Source: an uncultured delta proteobacterium
GTDB lineage: Bacteria > Myxococcota_A > Polyangia > Polyangiales > Polyangiaceae
Assembly (NCBI GenBank): GCA_963696385.1
Contig: CAVOKF010000004.1
Span: 1,107,705 to 1,171,704, forward strand
Direction of reading: 5' to 3'
DNA length: 64,000 nucleotides
Shown in pieces: positions 22,455-32,489 of this stretch. Position 1 is the first letter of the stretch, and every line of letters starts with the position of its first letter. Position numbers and translations under genes: made by a program. The notes under the pieces are model-generated. The model ran no database searches and was not told the DNA's origin. It saw only the letters and a list, made by a program, of their open reading frames with translations.

Positions 22455-22638
22455 ACTCGTATGCGCAGGCGGCACCAATCGAGCGAGAGCTTCAGCGGCG
22501 CCCTCGTCGTGGTCCACCGCACGGCGGGATCGTGATCCACGGCACGGCCTGAAGGGGCGGCCGCGGGCGGCGGGATCGTGATCCAGGGGGGCGCCGTGGA
22601 ATGCGCGATCGAGGGCGTCTCGCCGGACGCTGGCGTCG

Positions 22639-23109
22639 ATGTCCAGGCGTCGATGCAGCGAGTGCCGGAAGTGGTTCACGCCTGCCGTGAGCGCGCTCGA
22701 TCACCAAGTCGTGTGCGGAGAGGGGTGCCGCGGCCAGCGCCGCAACCGTCAGGCGCGCCGGAGGCGGCGCAACGACCTGGACGAGCAGCGGGCCGACGAG
22801 CGCGCACGCCAGCAAAGGTGCCGGGACGGCGCCAAGGCAGCCGGATGTCACGAGCTACCCTCGGACGGCAACAGCGTGGATTTATTGCGTAAAGTACAGC
22901 AGATCGTGGACAAGGCCGCGAGCCTGTCACGAGCTACCCTCCGCCGCGATCTGGGGCGAATTCTGCGGAAAATCGGCCCTTTTGGGCCCGCCAAAGTGGA
23001 CAGAGCGGGCCTATGTCACGAGCTACCCTGCGCGCTGGAAGCTGGGGAAAACGGCTGCCGATCGGGCCTGGACCTGGACAGCGTCACGGGCCGGTCTCGT
23101 GCCGGGTGA
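22639..23109 (+). CDS. Cys-rich hypothetical protein inside IS21
   Basis: CSECRKWF...VCGEGCR; coupled to the next ORF by a GTGA overlap. Confidence 0.55.
   Translation: MSRRRCSECRKWFTPAVSALDHQVVCGEGCRGQRRNRQARRRRRNDLDEQRADERARQQRCRDGAKAAGCHELPSDGNSVDLLRKVQQIVDKAASLSRATLRRDLGRILRKIGPFGPAKVDRAGLCHELPCALEAGENGCRSGLDLDSVTGRSRAG
22846..23029 (+). repeat. Three perfect 16-bp direct repeats TGTCACGAGCTACCCT
   Basis: At 22846, 22925 and 23014; conserved in the second IS21 copy. Confidence 0.9.
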
Positions 23110-24023
23110 CGAGTCGTGGTGGATTCGCGGCCGTGACCGCCGCTGCTCAAGCCGAGCGCCTCGTCGCCGTCGCCGATCTCGGCGAGGGCCTGTCGCGGCT
23201 GCGCCTCGCCGACGCCTGCGCGCTGGCCGCCATGCGCGCGTCGCTCAAGCAGCACGGCCAGCTCTCCGCCGTGCGCGCGTTCGAGCGGGATGGCGCCGTC
23301 GAGATCTTCGACGGCTTCAAGCGGCTACGCGCCGCGCGAGGGCTGGGCCTTCGCGATCTGCGCGCCGTCGTCACCGACCTTGGCGCCGTCGATGCCACCG
23401 TGCAGATGCGCGAGCTGCACGCTGGCCGCGGGCTCACCGCGCTCGAGGAGGCGTGGATCGTGCGCGCCCTGCATCGAGAGCATCACGTGACGCAAGGGGC
23501 GATCGCTGCGCTGCTTCGTTGCCACAAGAGCTGGGTCTGTCGCCGCCTGATGCTGGTCGAAGCGCTCGATTCGTCGGTCCAAGCCGACGTTCGACTCGGG
23601 CTGCTCGCGCCGCGGGCAGCGATCCTCGTCGGCGCGTTGCCACGTGGCAACCAGCCGGCGGTCTCCGCGGTCGTCATCCGTCGCGGGCTCACCGTGCGGC
23701 AGACGGCCCTCTTGGTGCGCGAGCTCGCGGACGACTCGGGGCCGGGGCATGAGGCGGTGCTGGCGCGCTGGCGCGACGGGGGTCGGCCTGCGCGCCGCGG
23801 CCGCCCACGCACGGCAAGGAGCATCGCCGAGACAATCGCGCTCGACGTGACGACCATTCGACGGAGCGCGGGGCGACTTCAGGCCTGTTTGGCCGGGATG
23901 CCGCTCGACGCGTTGGGACCCGCCGCCGACGTCGTGGGCCCCGATCTCAGCAACCTCCATGGCGTGTTGGGCGGCCTGATGAAAACGATCACCGCCGTGA
24001 CCGAGAGAGCGAGCAGGGCATGA
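23106..24023 (+). CDS. ParB/Spo0J-like protein (ParB N-terminal domain plus HTH)
   Basis: SLKQHGQLSAV...IFDGFKRLRAA (Box II-like), LTALEEA, TQGAIAALLRCHKSWVCRRL. Confidence 0.8.
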   Translation: MTSRGGFAAVTAAAQAERLVAVADLGEGLSRLRLADACALAAMRASLKQHGQLSAVRAFERDGAVEIFDGFKRLRAARGLGLRDLRAVVTDLGAVDATVQMRELHAGRGLTALEEAWIVRALHREHHVTQGAIAALLRCHKSWVCRRLMLVEALDSSVQADVRLGLLAPRAAILVGALPRGNQPAVSAVVIRRGLTVRQTALLVRELADDSGPGHEAVLARWRDGGRPARRGRPRTARSIAETIALDVTTIRRSAGRLQACLAGMPLDALGPAADVVGPDLSNLHGVLGGLMKTITAVTERASRA

Positions 24024-25594
24024 CGGTGCACTGGCGCTCTCGCGAGGAATTGATCCACCAGGTCGTCGTGTTGACGGCCCAGGGGATGAGCCGGCGCGCC
24101 ATCACGCGGGCGCTGGGGGTCAGTCGGAACACGATCGAGAAGATCCTTCGGACCCACGGTCGCGAGCGCGACGACGGGCACGCCGCGCTGGCCGCTGCGC
24201 CCGTGCGCGCGCCGCGTTCCCGCAAGATCGACGCCTACCAGGGTCGCGTGAGCGAGTTGCTCGCGCGCTACCCGGACATCACCGCGCAGCGCGTGCTGGA
24301 GATCCTCAAGGACGAGGGATTCCAAGGCGGCTACACCGCCGTCAAGAAGCAGATGCGGCGCGTGCGGCCAGCGGCCAAGCCGACGCCGAGCCTCGAAGCT
24401 CCGGTGTTCGGACCGGGTGAGATGGCCGAAAACGATTGGTCGCCCTACACGCTCACGTATACGACCGGCCTCTCCGAGACTGTGCAGCTGTTCTCGTACG
24501 TCCTGGTCTATTCGAAGCGCAAGTCCTTCGACGTCTTCGGCTCGCCGGACTTGTTCGCGCTCATGGACGGCCACGAGCGCGCCTTCGCGCGCTTCGGCGG
24601 CTGCGCCGCGGGCTGCAAGTACGACAGCCAAAAGCCCGTCGTGCTCCGGTGGGAAGGCCACCAGCCCATCTACAATCCTCGGTATCTCGCCTTTGCCGCG
24701 CACTACGGCATTCAGCCCGCCGCCGTGCGAGGAAAACCCAACGCCAAGCCGCGCGTCGAACGCAGCTTCTGGGAGCACGAGCGATCGTTTCTCAACGGCC
24801 GCTCATTTCGCGATCGCGACGACTTCGCCGCGCAGCTCGCCGACTGGCTCGTTCGCGTCGTCGACCCGCGCAAGCGTCACGGGCTGTCCGCCCTCGATCG
24901 GTTTCGCGACGAGGCGCCTCATCTGCGGCCGCTGCCCAAGCATCCGTACGACACCGCCCGGGTCACGTATCGACTCTGCAGCATCGACGGGTACGTCGAA
25001 TGGCTCGGTAACCGCTACGCCGTGCCGTACGACCATGTGACCGACTTCCTGCCGCTGCGCATCACGCAGACGGAGCTGTTCGTCTACGGGCCGAATCTCG
25101 CTTGCCTGGCGCGCTATGAGCTGCGACCGCGCGGACGCGGCGACAAGATCGATCCGCTCGGGCTGCATCCTCGCCCAGAGAGCCGGTCGCCCATCGACGT
25201 CGACAAGCTGCGCGCCACCTTCGAGCAGATGGGCGACGGGGCCGCCGCGTTCCTGCTCCAGCTCTCGGGCGCCCACGTGACCCGTGTCTGGACCCACCAC
25301 GCCCGGCAGATCCTGCTCTTGCGTGCCCGCTACGACAGCGCCGACGTCGACGCCGCCCTCGCGCACGCCGTTCGGTTCGGCGCGCTCGACGCGGCCTCGG
25401 TCGAGCGCATCCTCGCCCGACGCGCTCCGCCCCGGACCCTCGACGAGTACGTCGCCGAAGACACCGCCAAGCGCATCGATGACGCGCTCGGTCCCGTCGT
25501 CACACGCCCCCGCGATCTGGCCGAGTACGACGCTCTGCCGCTCGCCACCCGCCGCCCCGTGGAGACCGCCGATGGCCAAGACCAAAACGGATAA
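24020..25594 (+). CDS. istA: IS21 transposase
   Basis: N-terminal HTH, PGEMAENDW, YDSQK, AKPRVER, NRYAVP. Confidence 0.92.
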   Translation: MTVHWRSREELIHQVVVLTAQGMSRRAITRALGVSRNTIEKILRTHGRERDDGHAALAAAPVRAPRSRKIDAYQGRVSELLARYPDITAQRVLEILKDEGFQGGYTAVKKQMRRVRPAAKPTPSLEAPVFGPGEMAENDWSPYTLTYTTGLSETVQLFSYVLVYSKRKSFDVFGSPDLFALMDGHERAFARFGGCAAGCKYDSQKPVVLRWEGHQPIYNPRYLAFAAHYGIQPAAVRGKPNAKPRVERSFWEHERSFLNGRSFRDRDDFAAQLADWLVRVVDPRKRHGLSALDRFRDEAPHLRPLPKHPYDTARVTYRLCSIDGYVEWLGNRYAVPYDHVTDFLPLRITQTELFVYGPNLACLARYELRPRGRGDKIDPLGLHPRPESRSPIDVDKLRATFEQMGDGAAAFLLQLSGAHVTRVWTHHARQILLLRARYDSADVDAALAHAVRFGALDAASVERILARRAPPRTLDEYVAEDTAKRIDDALGPVVTRPRDLAEYDALPLATRRPVETADGQDQNG

Positions 25595-26435
25595 ACCAGA
25601 CTCCAATGACCGGGTGACCGGCCCGGCCTCTGACGAGGCCGTCGTGGTGATCGATCGCCTGCGCCGGCACCTCGGCTACTTGGGCCTCTCCCATACGCTC
25701 TCCACGCTCGACGACTGGCTCGCGTGGGCCACCCGCGAGCGACCCGGACACACCGCCCTGCTCGAGCACGTCCTGGCCGCTGAGGTCAATCACAAGTCGG
25801 CCGCACGCCTGGACCGGCGTATCCGGGTCAGCGGCCTGGTCGAGCGAAAGACACTCGAGGCCTTCGACTGGGACTTCCAACCCTCGATCGACAAGAGCCT
25901 CGTGCTGGAGCTCGCCCGCCTCGACTTCGTCAGGCGCCACGACGACCTGGTCATCACGGGAAAGAGCGGCACCGGCAAGAGTCACATCCTCAAGGCTCTC
26001 TCCCTGCGCGCCTGCGTGCAGGGCATCTCCCTGCGCTACGCGCGGTGCGTCGACCTGCTCGCCGACCTGCACGCCGGCCTCGCCGACGGCACCTACCCCC
26101 GACGCCTGAAGGCCTGGGCACGACCCGACCTGCTCGTCATCGACGACGTCGGCCTGGGGCAGGTGCGCCAGCGCGACGACGAGCCCACCGCCGCCCATAC
26201 TCTCTTCAACCTCGTCGATCGCAGGCACGGCAAGCTCTCGACCGCGGTCACCTCCAATATCGATTTGCGCCAGTGGGGACGCTACCTGGGAGACGCGACC
26301 GTCGCCGCCGCCATTCTCGATCGGCTCGCCATGCATGCCATTCGTATCGACATCGACGGACCGAGCTACCGCCAGCACGTCGCTGCCGAGCGTGCCGGCA
26401 AGCCGGTCGCACCCACTCGGGCGACGGCGCCGTGA
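25572..26435 (+). CDS. istB: IS21 helper ATPase
   Basis: GKSGTGKS, LLVIDDVG, TSN, AILDRL. Confidence 0.93.
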   Translation: MAKTKTDKPDSNDRVTGPASDEAVVVIDRLRRHLGYLGLSHTLSTLDDWLAWATRERPGHTALLEHVLAAEVNHKSAARLDRRIRVSGLVERKTLEAFDWDFQPSIDKSLVLELARLDFVRRHDDLVITGKSGTGKSHILKALSLRACVQGISLRYARCVDLLADLHAGLADGTYPRRLKAWARPDLLVIDDVGLGQVRQRDDEPTAAHTLFNLVDRRHGKLSTAVTSNIDLRQWGRYLGDATVAAAILDRLAMHAIRIDIDGPSYRQHVAAERAGKPVAPTRATAP

Positions 26436-26746
26436 GGCGCCCGCGCCGCGTTCCACCCGCTCCGCCTCCGCCCCGCGTCCCGGACCTCGTCGTCGCGCCG
26501 GAGCTCGCCTCCATCATTCTGCTCGAACACGCGCTCGACCTCGCTGCCGACGCGCTCTTGGCCGAGCACCAGACGCTCATCGACGACTTCCATAGGCCAC
26601 GCGACCAAGGCCCTGTCGTCTTCCTCGCCCACACGATCTGCCGCAGGGCCGCCACCTTGCGCGAAACGCTCTGGCGCTACCGCCACGCCGTCCGCGAAGC
26701 GGCGATGCCACCCGCGCACGATCCCACCGACGACAACACCTTCTGA
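26432..26746 (+). CDS. Hypothetical protein inside IS21, downstream of istB
   Basis: GTGA overlap with istB; intact in both copies. Confidence 0.55.
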   Translation: MRRPRRVPPAPPPPRVPDLVVAPELASIILLEHALDLAADALLAEHQTLIDDFHRPRDQGPVVFLAHTICRRAATLRETLWRYRHAVREAAMPPAHDPTDDNTF

Positions 26747-26981
26747 TAGCCGGACTCCCGCACTGAGCCGCGGGCCCGAGCGCTCGCGAGTCCTACCGGC
26801 GTCTTGGCGGTTCCCCCCTTCGCCCGGCCGAGCACCTCGGGGTGAGCCACTGGCCCTGACGCGCGCCCTTTCCGATAGCCAGGGGTGGGTCACGATCCCG
26901 CCGCTGCCGCCACCCCGACCCCGGCGACGGGTGGATCACTTCGGTCGCCAGAAGTGGATCACTCTAAAGGCGCCGCTGAAG

Positions 26982-27355
26982 GTTTCGGTGCGGAACTCCG
27001 GCAGGCCGTGGAGAATCGCGCCGAGACGCTGCGGCAACTGGGCATCGAGCCCGACGACCCGAGTCGGCTTGCCGCTCTGCGCGAGCGCGAGCGGAGGGCG
27101 GTAGGAGAACAAATGGCGGCGAGCTTGGGGCAGAAATTTGTCGGGCGTATGCCGGAGCGCTTCCGCGGGCGCGTTGAAATCCGCGTGGCGCCCGGCGGCT
27201 TCTCGTACGCCGTCATCTCCGACGGTTCGCGCTTCGGCGTGATGGAGACCACGGCGTCGCTGCGCGCCCTGCGAGGCAAGTCGGTCGTGCTCGCCCGTGA
27301 CTCCAAAGGCAGGCTCGTCGTTCGCCCGGATCTCGACCGAGGGCTCGGGCGCTGA
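26982..27355 (+). pseudogene. C-terminal remnant of a DUF3363/VirD2-like relaxase, cut by IS21
   Basis: GFGAELRQAVENRAETL...LAALRERE...YAVISDGSRF...DRGLGR. Confidence 0.65.
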
Positions 27356-27591
27356 CCCTGCGGGCAACGCGTCACCCGAAGCGCGTGGCCTCGATGTCCT
27401 TAGCGCGAAGGACACGGTCGGGACAACCGAGCCGCGGCCGCTGCAGTCGTCGCAACGGGATCCTGGTCGTCCGCTGCCGGTCGACAGCTGGAAACCATGG
27501 GCCATCTGCGGCCTCATCGCCGCAAACGTGGCGATCTTCGCATTCGAGGTCGCCCAGACGAGCAGCTTTCTCCGGTCGGGCTCGAACGGGG

Positions 27592-27888
27592 TCAAGCACG
27601 CGTTGCCGCCTTCCAGCACGCGGCCAGCCAGGCCCGCTCGGTGGCTCCGAGGACGACGCCGGGAACCGCTCCCTCCACGACGGCATGTGGGCGCTCCCAT
27701 CCCGCATCGCCCAGCGACAACGTTCCCGCTTGGCGGGTGCGGTCGTACACGAAGATCGCCTGCTCGCCGTGCTCGTTCTCGAAGTAGCCGAGATAGTAGT
27801 GGTTTGGCTCGGAGTCGTCGATCGCGGGAGGCGCGCCGCACGCGTCGGCGTGATGGTTCGTGACGCGGAAGATCGCCTGCTCACTCAT
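27592..27888 (-). CDS. Conserved hypothetical protein
   Basis: NHHADACGAPP...YLGYFENEHGEQAIFVYDR...GDAGW...WLAACW. Confidence 0.6.
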   Translation of the reverse strand: MSEQAIFRVTNHHADACGAPPAIDDSEPNHYYLGYFENEHGEQAIFVYDRTRQAGTLSLGDAGWERPHAVVEGAVPGVVLGATERAWLAACWKAATRA

Positions 27889-27937
27889 GGTCGCACCGAG
27901 CCTGGTCGGAGCGCAGATGGCATGTCAAGGGCCCGTT

Positions 27938-28029
27938 CAAAGCCTGCCGGTCGACGAAGAGCCGCGGAAGTCGGCGCGGAAACATATCGCGTTTTAGGGG
28001 CGTCCACTGTCGGTTCAGAGTCCCATTTG
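27938..28029 (-). repeat. dif-like repeat, site A (core 27977-28004, spacer AACGCG)
   Basis: Reverse complement reads GACGCCCCTAA-AACGCG-ATATGTTTCCG. Confidence 0.85.
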
Positions 28030-28424
28030 GCGTCCCCGAGGGCGCCAAGCTGGCCGCTCGGCAAGCTGCGGAGGGCCAGCGGAAGCAGTTTGTGGCGCAC
28101 CTTGCCGACCGGTTCTCGGATGGCCACCGCTTCACGGACGGTTTGCCGCAAGGGGGCGACGGCGGAGAGGACGAGCCCGGGCCCGCATAGGATGGTTTGG
28201 CGTTGGGTCGACCGCGAGAGGGAGGTCCGCGGTCGTGACTGTCGTGACCGACTCGATGGCGGCAGACGTGCGGTCCCGCATCGGTCTGCGGGAGGCCAAC
28301 GGCGACGACCGCTGCGGTGGCCGCGTCACCCCCGGGACAGGACCGGGTCACCCGACGCGGATGGCTTTCGCCGTGAAATCCAGTCGCGTGAGCGTGGCAC
28401 GAAAATGGGCGTGTTCGAGCGCCC

Positions 28425-30127
28425 GTGGCTGCTCTCGCGCCCGCCTACGTTCCCCGTCGCCCGACCGAAACGGTCCTGTACGGATTGGTGCGCGAGAATC
28501 TGGAATCGTTTCTCGCGTACGCGCGTGAGAACTACGAGGGAGGGCTACCGCGCTACGTGGAAGCGGAGCTGCGCGCGTACTTGAATTGCGGCGTATTGCG
28601 TGCGGATTTACGCGCTGCCACTGCGACTCATGCGGCCGCGACTTGCTTGTGGCCTTTAGCTGCAAGGGAAGATCTCTCTGCCCCAGTTGCTGCGGCAGGC
28701 GTATGGCCAACACGGCTGCCCACTTGGTCGACCGAGTCTTGCCCGACGTCCCTGTGCGGCAATACGTTCTGTCGCTCCCGTACGAGCTGCGCAAGCTTGC
28801 GGCGTTAAAGGCCGACGTTCTCACAGCCCTGGGCCGCATCTTCGTCGAGGCCATCTTTGCCCGCTACCGCGCTCGCGCCCAGCGCGAGGGCCTCGAGGAT
28901 GCGCAGTGCGGAGCGGTAACCTTTGTTCAACGCTTCGGCAGTCTGAATCTCAACGTGCATTTTCACGTGTTGGTGCTCGATGGCGTCGTGACCCGGGACC
29001 CGGACCGTCGTGTGCTCTTTCATCCGGCGGCCGCTCCGACGCCGGTCGAGTTCGAGGTGCTGGTCGAGCGTGTGATGAACCGCAGCGTGGCGTGGCTGCG
29101 CCGCCACGGCCATGTGCAGGACACGCCGCTCGAAGAGCGCTCGAACGAGCCGCCGGCGCAGACTGCCCTCGACGCGTGCGCGGACATCGCCATGGGCCGC
29201 GGCACAGTCGCAACCTTGTCGAACGACGACGACGGGTCGAAGGACGACGACCGCGAGGCGCGGCCCGACGGGCTCGTCGGCGCGGTCGAGCGAGACGGGT
29301 TTAATGTGCATGCCGGGGTCCGGATCGAAGCGGGCGACCATCTGGGTCGCGAACGACTGGCGCGTTACGGCGCGCGACCTCCGCTCTCGCTCGAGCGACT
29401 TCGCAGGTTGCCCGGCGGGCGGGTGGCCTATCGACTGAAGTACGTCCGTCGCGGCCGAGGCAAGTACAGAATCATGACTGGCCTGGAGTTCATGGCCCGC
29501 TTGAGCGCGATCATTGCGCCGCCTCGGTATCCGTTGGTGCGCTACAGCGGAGTGCTCGGGCCACACTCGAGCTGGCGACGCGACGTGGTGCCGAAGCCGC
29601 GCAAGACGGCTCCCGCCTGCCACCGCGCGCCCACCCCACCGCTGAGCTCGGCCAAGCCGGTCACCGGCGCAATGACGCACCCGGGCTCCGCGCTTCCCGG
29701 GGCGGCGGCGCCGACAGCGGGAAATGTCGAGAGTGCTCCGGCGCCGGCCGCCAGTTCCTCGGCGAAGGCGGGTCTGTCCGCGCTCCCCATCTTCGCGCAT
29801 GGGGGCGAGGTCATCCCGCTCACGCCCAATGTGCTTGCTGTCAGCCACTGGGAACGGCTGCTCGGCGGCGCCATCTACGCGGCCTCGCCGCGCGTGGACT
29901 GGCCCACGCTCTTGAAACGAACGTTTGACGTGGACGTTCTGCAATGTCCGAAGTGCCACGGCCGACTGCGGGTGCTCGCCGTGATCACCGAGCGCGAGCC
30001 GGTGCGCCAGGTCCTCGCCCATCTCGGCCTGCCGACCGAGGCGCCGCCCGTCGCCCGGGCGCGCGACCCGACTGACGACGCGCAAGACCCCGAGCCGTCG
30101 GATCAACTCGAGCTGCAGCTCGCGTGA
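28425..30127 (+). CDS. IS91/ISCR-like Y2 (HUH) transposase, frameshift near 28598
   Basis: Zn-binding CxxC/FSCKGRSLCPSC, RQYVLSLP, QRFGSLNLNVHFH, YGARPP, RYSGVL, C-terminal CPKC. Confidence 0.9.
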
Positions 30128-30193
30128 ACGACCGGCCCCGAGAGCGGCGCCGATGCGGCGCCGCGCGGGCGACGTGCGCTTTGGATATGTTCG

Positions 30194-30301
30194 AAATCGG
30201 TTCGCCGCTCGGTGACAACGGAAGCCCCTAAGACGCGATATGTTTCCGCGCCCGCTTCCGCGGGCTCTTCGTCGACCGACAGCTTTGGGCTTACTACTCG
30301 C
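30194..30301 (+). repeat. dif-like repeat, site B (core 30221-30248, spacer GACGCG)
   Basis: GAAGCCCCTAA-GACGCG-ATATGTTTCCG...CTACTCGC. Confidence 0.88.
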
Positions 30302-30793
30302 CCGCGTCCGTCGCAGCGTCGGGAATGGTGCTTCCTTCGACGGTCGCGGACGCTGAGCAACCGCACGCGAACACCGCAACAAGCAAGATGCCGTGCGCTA
30401 TTCTTCGATCCATCGGAACCACCCTTCCGGTCACGCCCCCCGGCGCTGGCGCGCGCGAGGGTTCTCATCACACTACCCGCGTCTATCCAACTCTTCGAGC
30501 CACTGCGTCGCTGCGGCGACGAAAGCGCGGCCCTCGGCACTCGGCACGATGGATCGCTACGCCGACCGTGCGCCGTTTGTAGCTGGCCCGGTCCCTGAAG
30601 CGCACGAACGCGGTCACGTATTCGTGTGCCTGTCCACCGTTCGGGCCGGCGCCGTCGTAGTAGCGACACGGGGTGGGGCTTCGTCCGCCAGGAAAAAGGC
30701 CGGCCCGGGGGGGTCATCGCCTGCCCTTGCCAATCCGAAGCTCGCTTTCGAGCGTCACGAAGGCCATCGCGGAGCGACGCGCCCCGTTCACGC

Positions 30794-30821
30794 CGTAAAC
30801 AATCTCAACTTTAGGGGGCGA
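30794..30821 (-). repeat. Degenerate dif-like core overlapping the toxin stop codon
   Basis: TCGCCCCCTAA-AGTTGA-GATTGTTTACG. Confidence 0.45.
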
Positions 30822-31197
30822 GCGGCTCTGGCCACCATTCGCGGAAATCGTGGGCTGAAAGCTTCTCTCGGGCACCGGCGCGGGCGAGAAGCTGAAGCTT
30901 TTCCCACAGGACCAGCGGGCATCGAATGGGGGGTGTCTCGCGGCACTCGAGCTCGTCGACACGTCGCACGTGCAGTGCGCTTTGATAAAAGTACGTCTTC
31001 TTGCTCAACCGGAGCGGCTTGTTGGCTCGCCGTTCCGGGTCCACCACCTCGTGCGGAATATCCCGGGGGCCGGTTCCGGTCCCCGAAAGGACGAGCGCTC
31101 GGGTTCCGTCGGCCGACAACCTGATCACGATGGCCGGATGCGGCTCTCCGCCAGAGTTTGGGACGATCCAAACCTTGTCGGCAATGTGCAGGGTCAT
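30811..31197 (-). CDS. Putative PemK/MazF-like toxin
   Basis: DKVWIVP..GEPHPAIVI...ALVLSGTGT...LRLSKKTYF; directly coupled to the upstream gene. Confidence 0.5.
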   Translation of the reverse strand: MTLHIADKVWIVPNSGGEPHPAIVIRLSADGTRALVLSGTGTGPRDIPHEVVDPERRANKPLRLSKKTYFYQSALHVRRVDELECRETPPIRCPLVLWEKLQLLARAGAREKLSAHDFREWWPEPLAP

Positions 31198-31995
31198 CTA
31201 CTGGATCGTTGCCGTCTCAGTGATGTACGCTTCAAAGAGAGCCTCGCCTTCGTTGTGATCGCTGATGATCTGCTCTTGTCGGAAACGCTGATCGGAAGGT
31301 ACGAGGTCTTCAGGTACGCCAGCGTCGCCGTACATCATTGCGAGCATGCGGACCACCGAACGCTCGCCCTTGACCCAGCCTCGCGCGACGGCTTCAGTAA
31401 GCCAACGCGGCGGCGATGGGCGATCCGAAAGGACGAGGTCCACGAGTGCCGCCAGGCACGCGGTACCCTGCGCGTGCGCCAGAACGGCGTTGAGCAAGGG
31501 AATTGGAAGAGCGTAAAGATCGAAGCCCTCCCAGGCAGCCCCGCTAGCCTTAGGGTCAGGAGCCGAACGAGCATGCCGTCCGAACAAGCCGGAGATAACC
31601 GCGCCGATTCTGAGCCCCGCGAGCAGATCCGTGACGAGCCCGCTCTCCTCCGGCACCTTCGCGCACACGGCTCGCATGAAAGTCACCGGATCGGCAATCC
31701 TGGCAAAGCGACCTGCGTACAAGGTCGCCGAGACCGTCCGTGCGGACTGGGAGGCTTGCAGGTCGTTCGCCTGGGCATCGAGAATGTCGAGGAAATCGGC
31801 CTCGTCTGCCGCGGTCCAGACAAGCGAGCCGATGACGCGTGCCGTTCTGCGCGCTTCGTCGATTGACGAAGGTGACTTGCTCCTCCGAAGATGCGCCTTC
31901 TGAACCCGGCGTTCATGGCGGTTCACGACTGATAGCCCGAGCAGCCACTTCTTTTCGGCCGCGTAGTCGTCAGATAGCTGCGCCAGCGCGTTCAT
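31198..31995 (-). CDS. Hypothetical protein, partner of the PemK-like gene
   Basis: 265-aa ORF whose TAG abuts the next ATG. Confidence 0.6.
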   Translation of the reverse strand: MNALAQLSDDYAAEKKWLLGLSVVNRHERRVQKAHLRRSKSPSSIDEARRTARVIGSLVWTAADEADFLDILDAQANDLQASQSARTVSATLYAGRFARIADPVTFMRAVCAKVPEESGLVTDLLAGLRIGAVISGLFGRHARSAPDPKASGAAWEGFDLYALPIPLLNAVLAHAQGTACLAALVDLVLSDRPSPPRWLTEAVARGWVKGERSVVRMLAMMYGDAGVPEDLVPSDQRFRQEQIISDHNEGEALFEAYITETATIQ

Positions 31996-32047
31996 CGGTC
32001 GTGGAATTCTAGCACGCGGAATTGGCCTGCGTTTTCGCTGTCGCACG

Positions 32048-32154
32048 GCGAGTACTAAGCCCAAAGTGCGTCGGTCGACGAAGAGCCCGCGGAGGCGGGC
32101 GCGGAAACATATCGCATCTTAGGGGCTTCCGTTGTCACCGAGCGGCGAAAGATT
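32048..32154 (-). repeat. dif-like repeat, site C (core 32102-32129, spacer GATGCG)
   Basis: Near-identical inverted copy of site B. Confidence 0.88.
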
Positions 32155-32350
32155 AGATGAACCGGTGGCGGCGCGTCCTGGACCGCCAGGCACGCCGCGC
32201 GGCACGGGTGCCGCAGCCTCGAGATCGATCGCGGGGCGTCTCGAGAGCAGCCCCCGTGCCGGTCGTCGGTCATCGAAAATAGCGACCGACCTCCCGCTGG
32301 ATTATCCATCCGACACCCCGGCGTGCTCAAAGGCACAAAGCGAAGTGGGG

Positions 32351-32460
32351 GCGAGTAGGCGGCGCAAAGCTTGTCGGCCGACGAAGAGACGCGGAAACCG
32401 CCGCGGTCACATAAAAGGCCTTTGGGGCGCTCGTTGTCATTGAAAGCGCCGTCCCAATTG
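32351..32460 (-). repeat. dif-like repeat, site D (core 32404-32431, spacer GGCCTT)
   Basis: AGCGCCCCAAA-GGCCTT-TTATGTGACCG...CTACTCGC. Confidence 0.8.
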
Positions 32461-32489
32461 CGCACCGCCGTCCCGCTTCACGGTGCGCT

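Larger units (their letters stand above)
22490..26981 (+). mobile_element. IS21 family element with three accessory ORFs, copy 1
   Basis: 13-bp IR CTTCAGCGGCGCC / GGCGCCGCTGAAG; multiple subterminal GTGATCCA-type repeats; istA and istB. Confidence 0.9.

Noticed and set aside
22846..23029. 16-bp repeats as a mini-CRISPR
   Set aside because: The repeats are too short, the gaps are 63 and 73 bp, and they lie inside an IS.
27885..28151. ORFs containing APKTRYVSAP (also at 30212 and 53426)
   Set aside because: They are translations of the DNA repeat. Indels between copies break the frame, so the peptide is probably not under selection.
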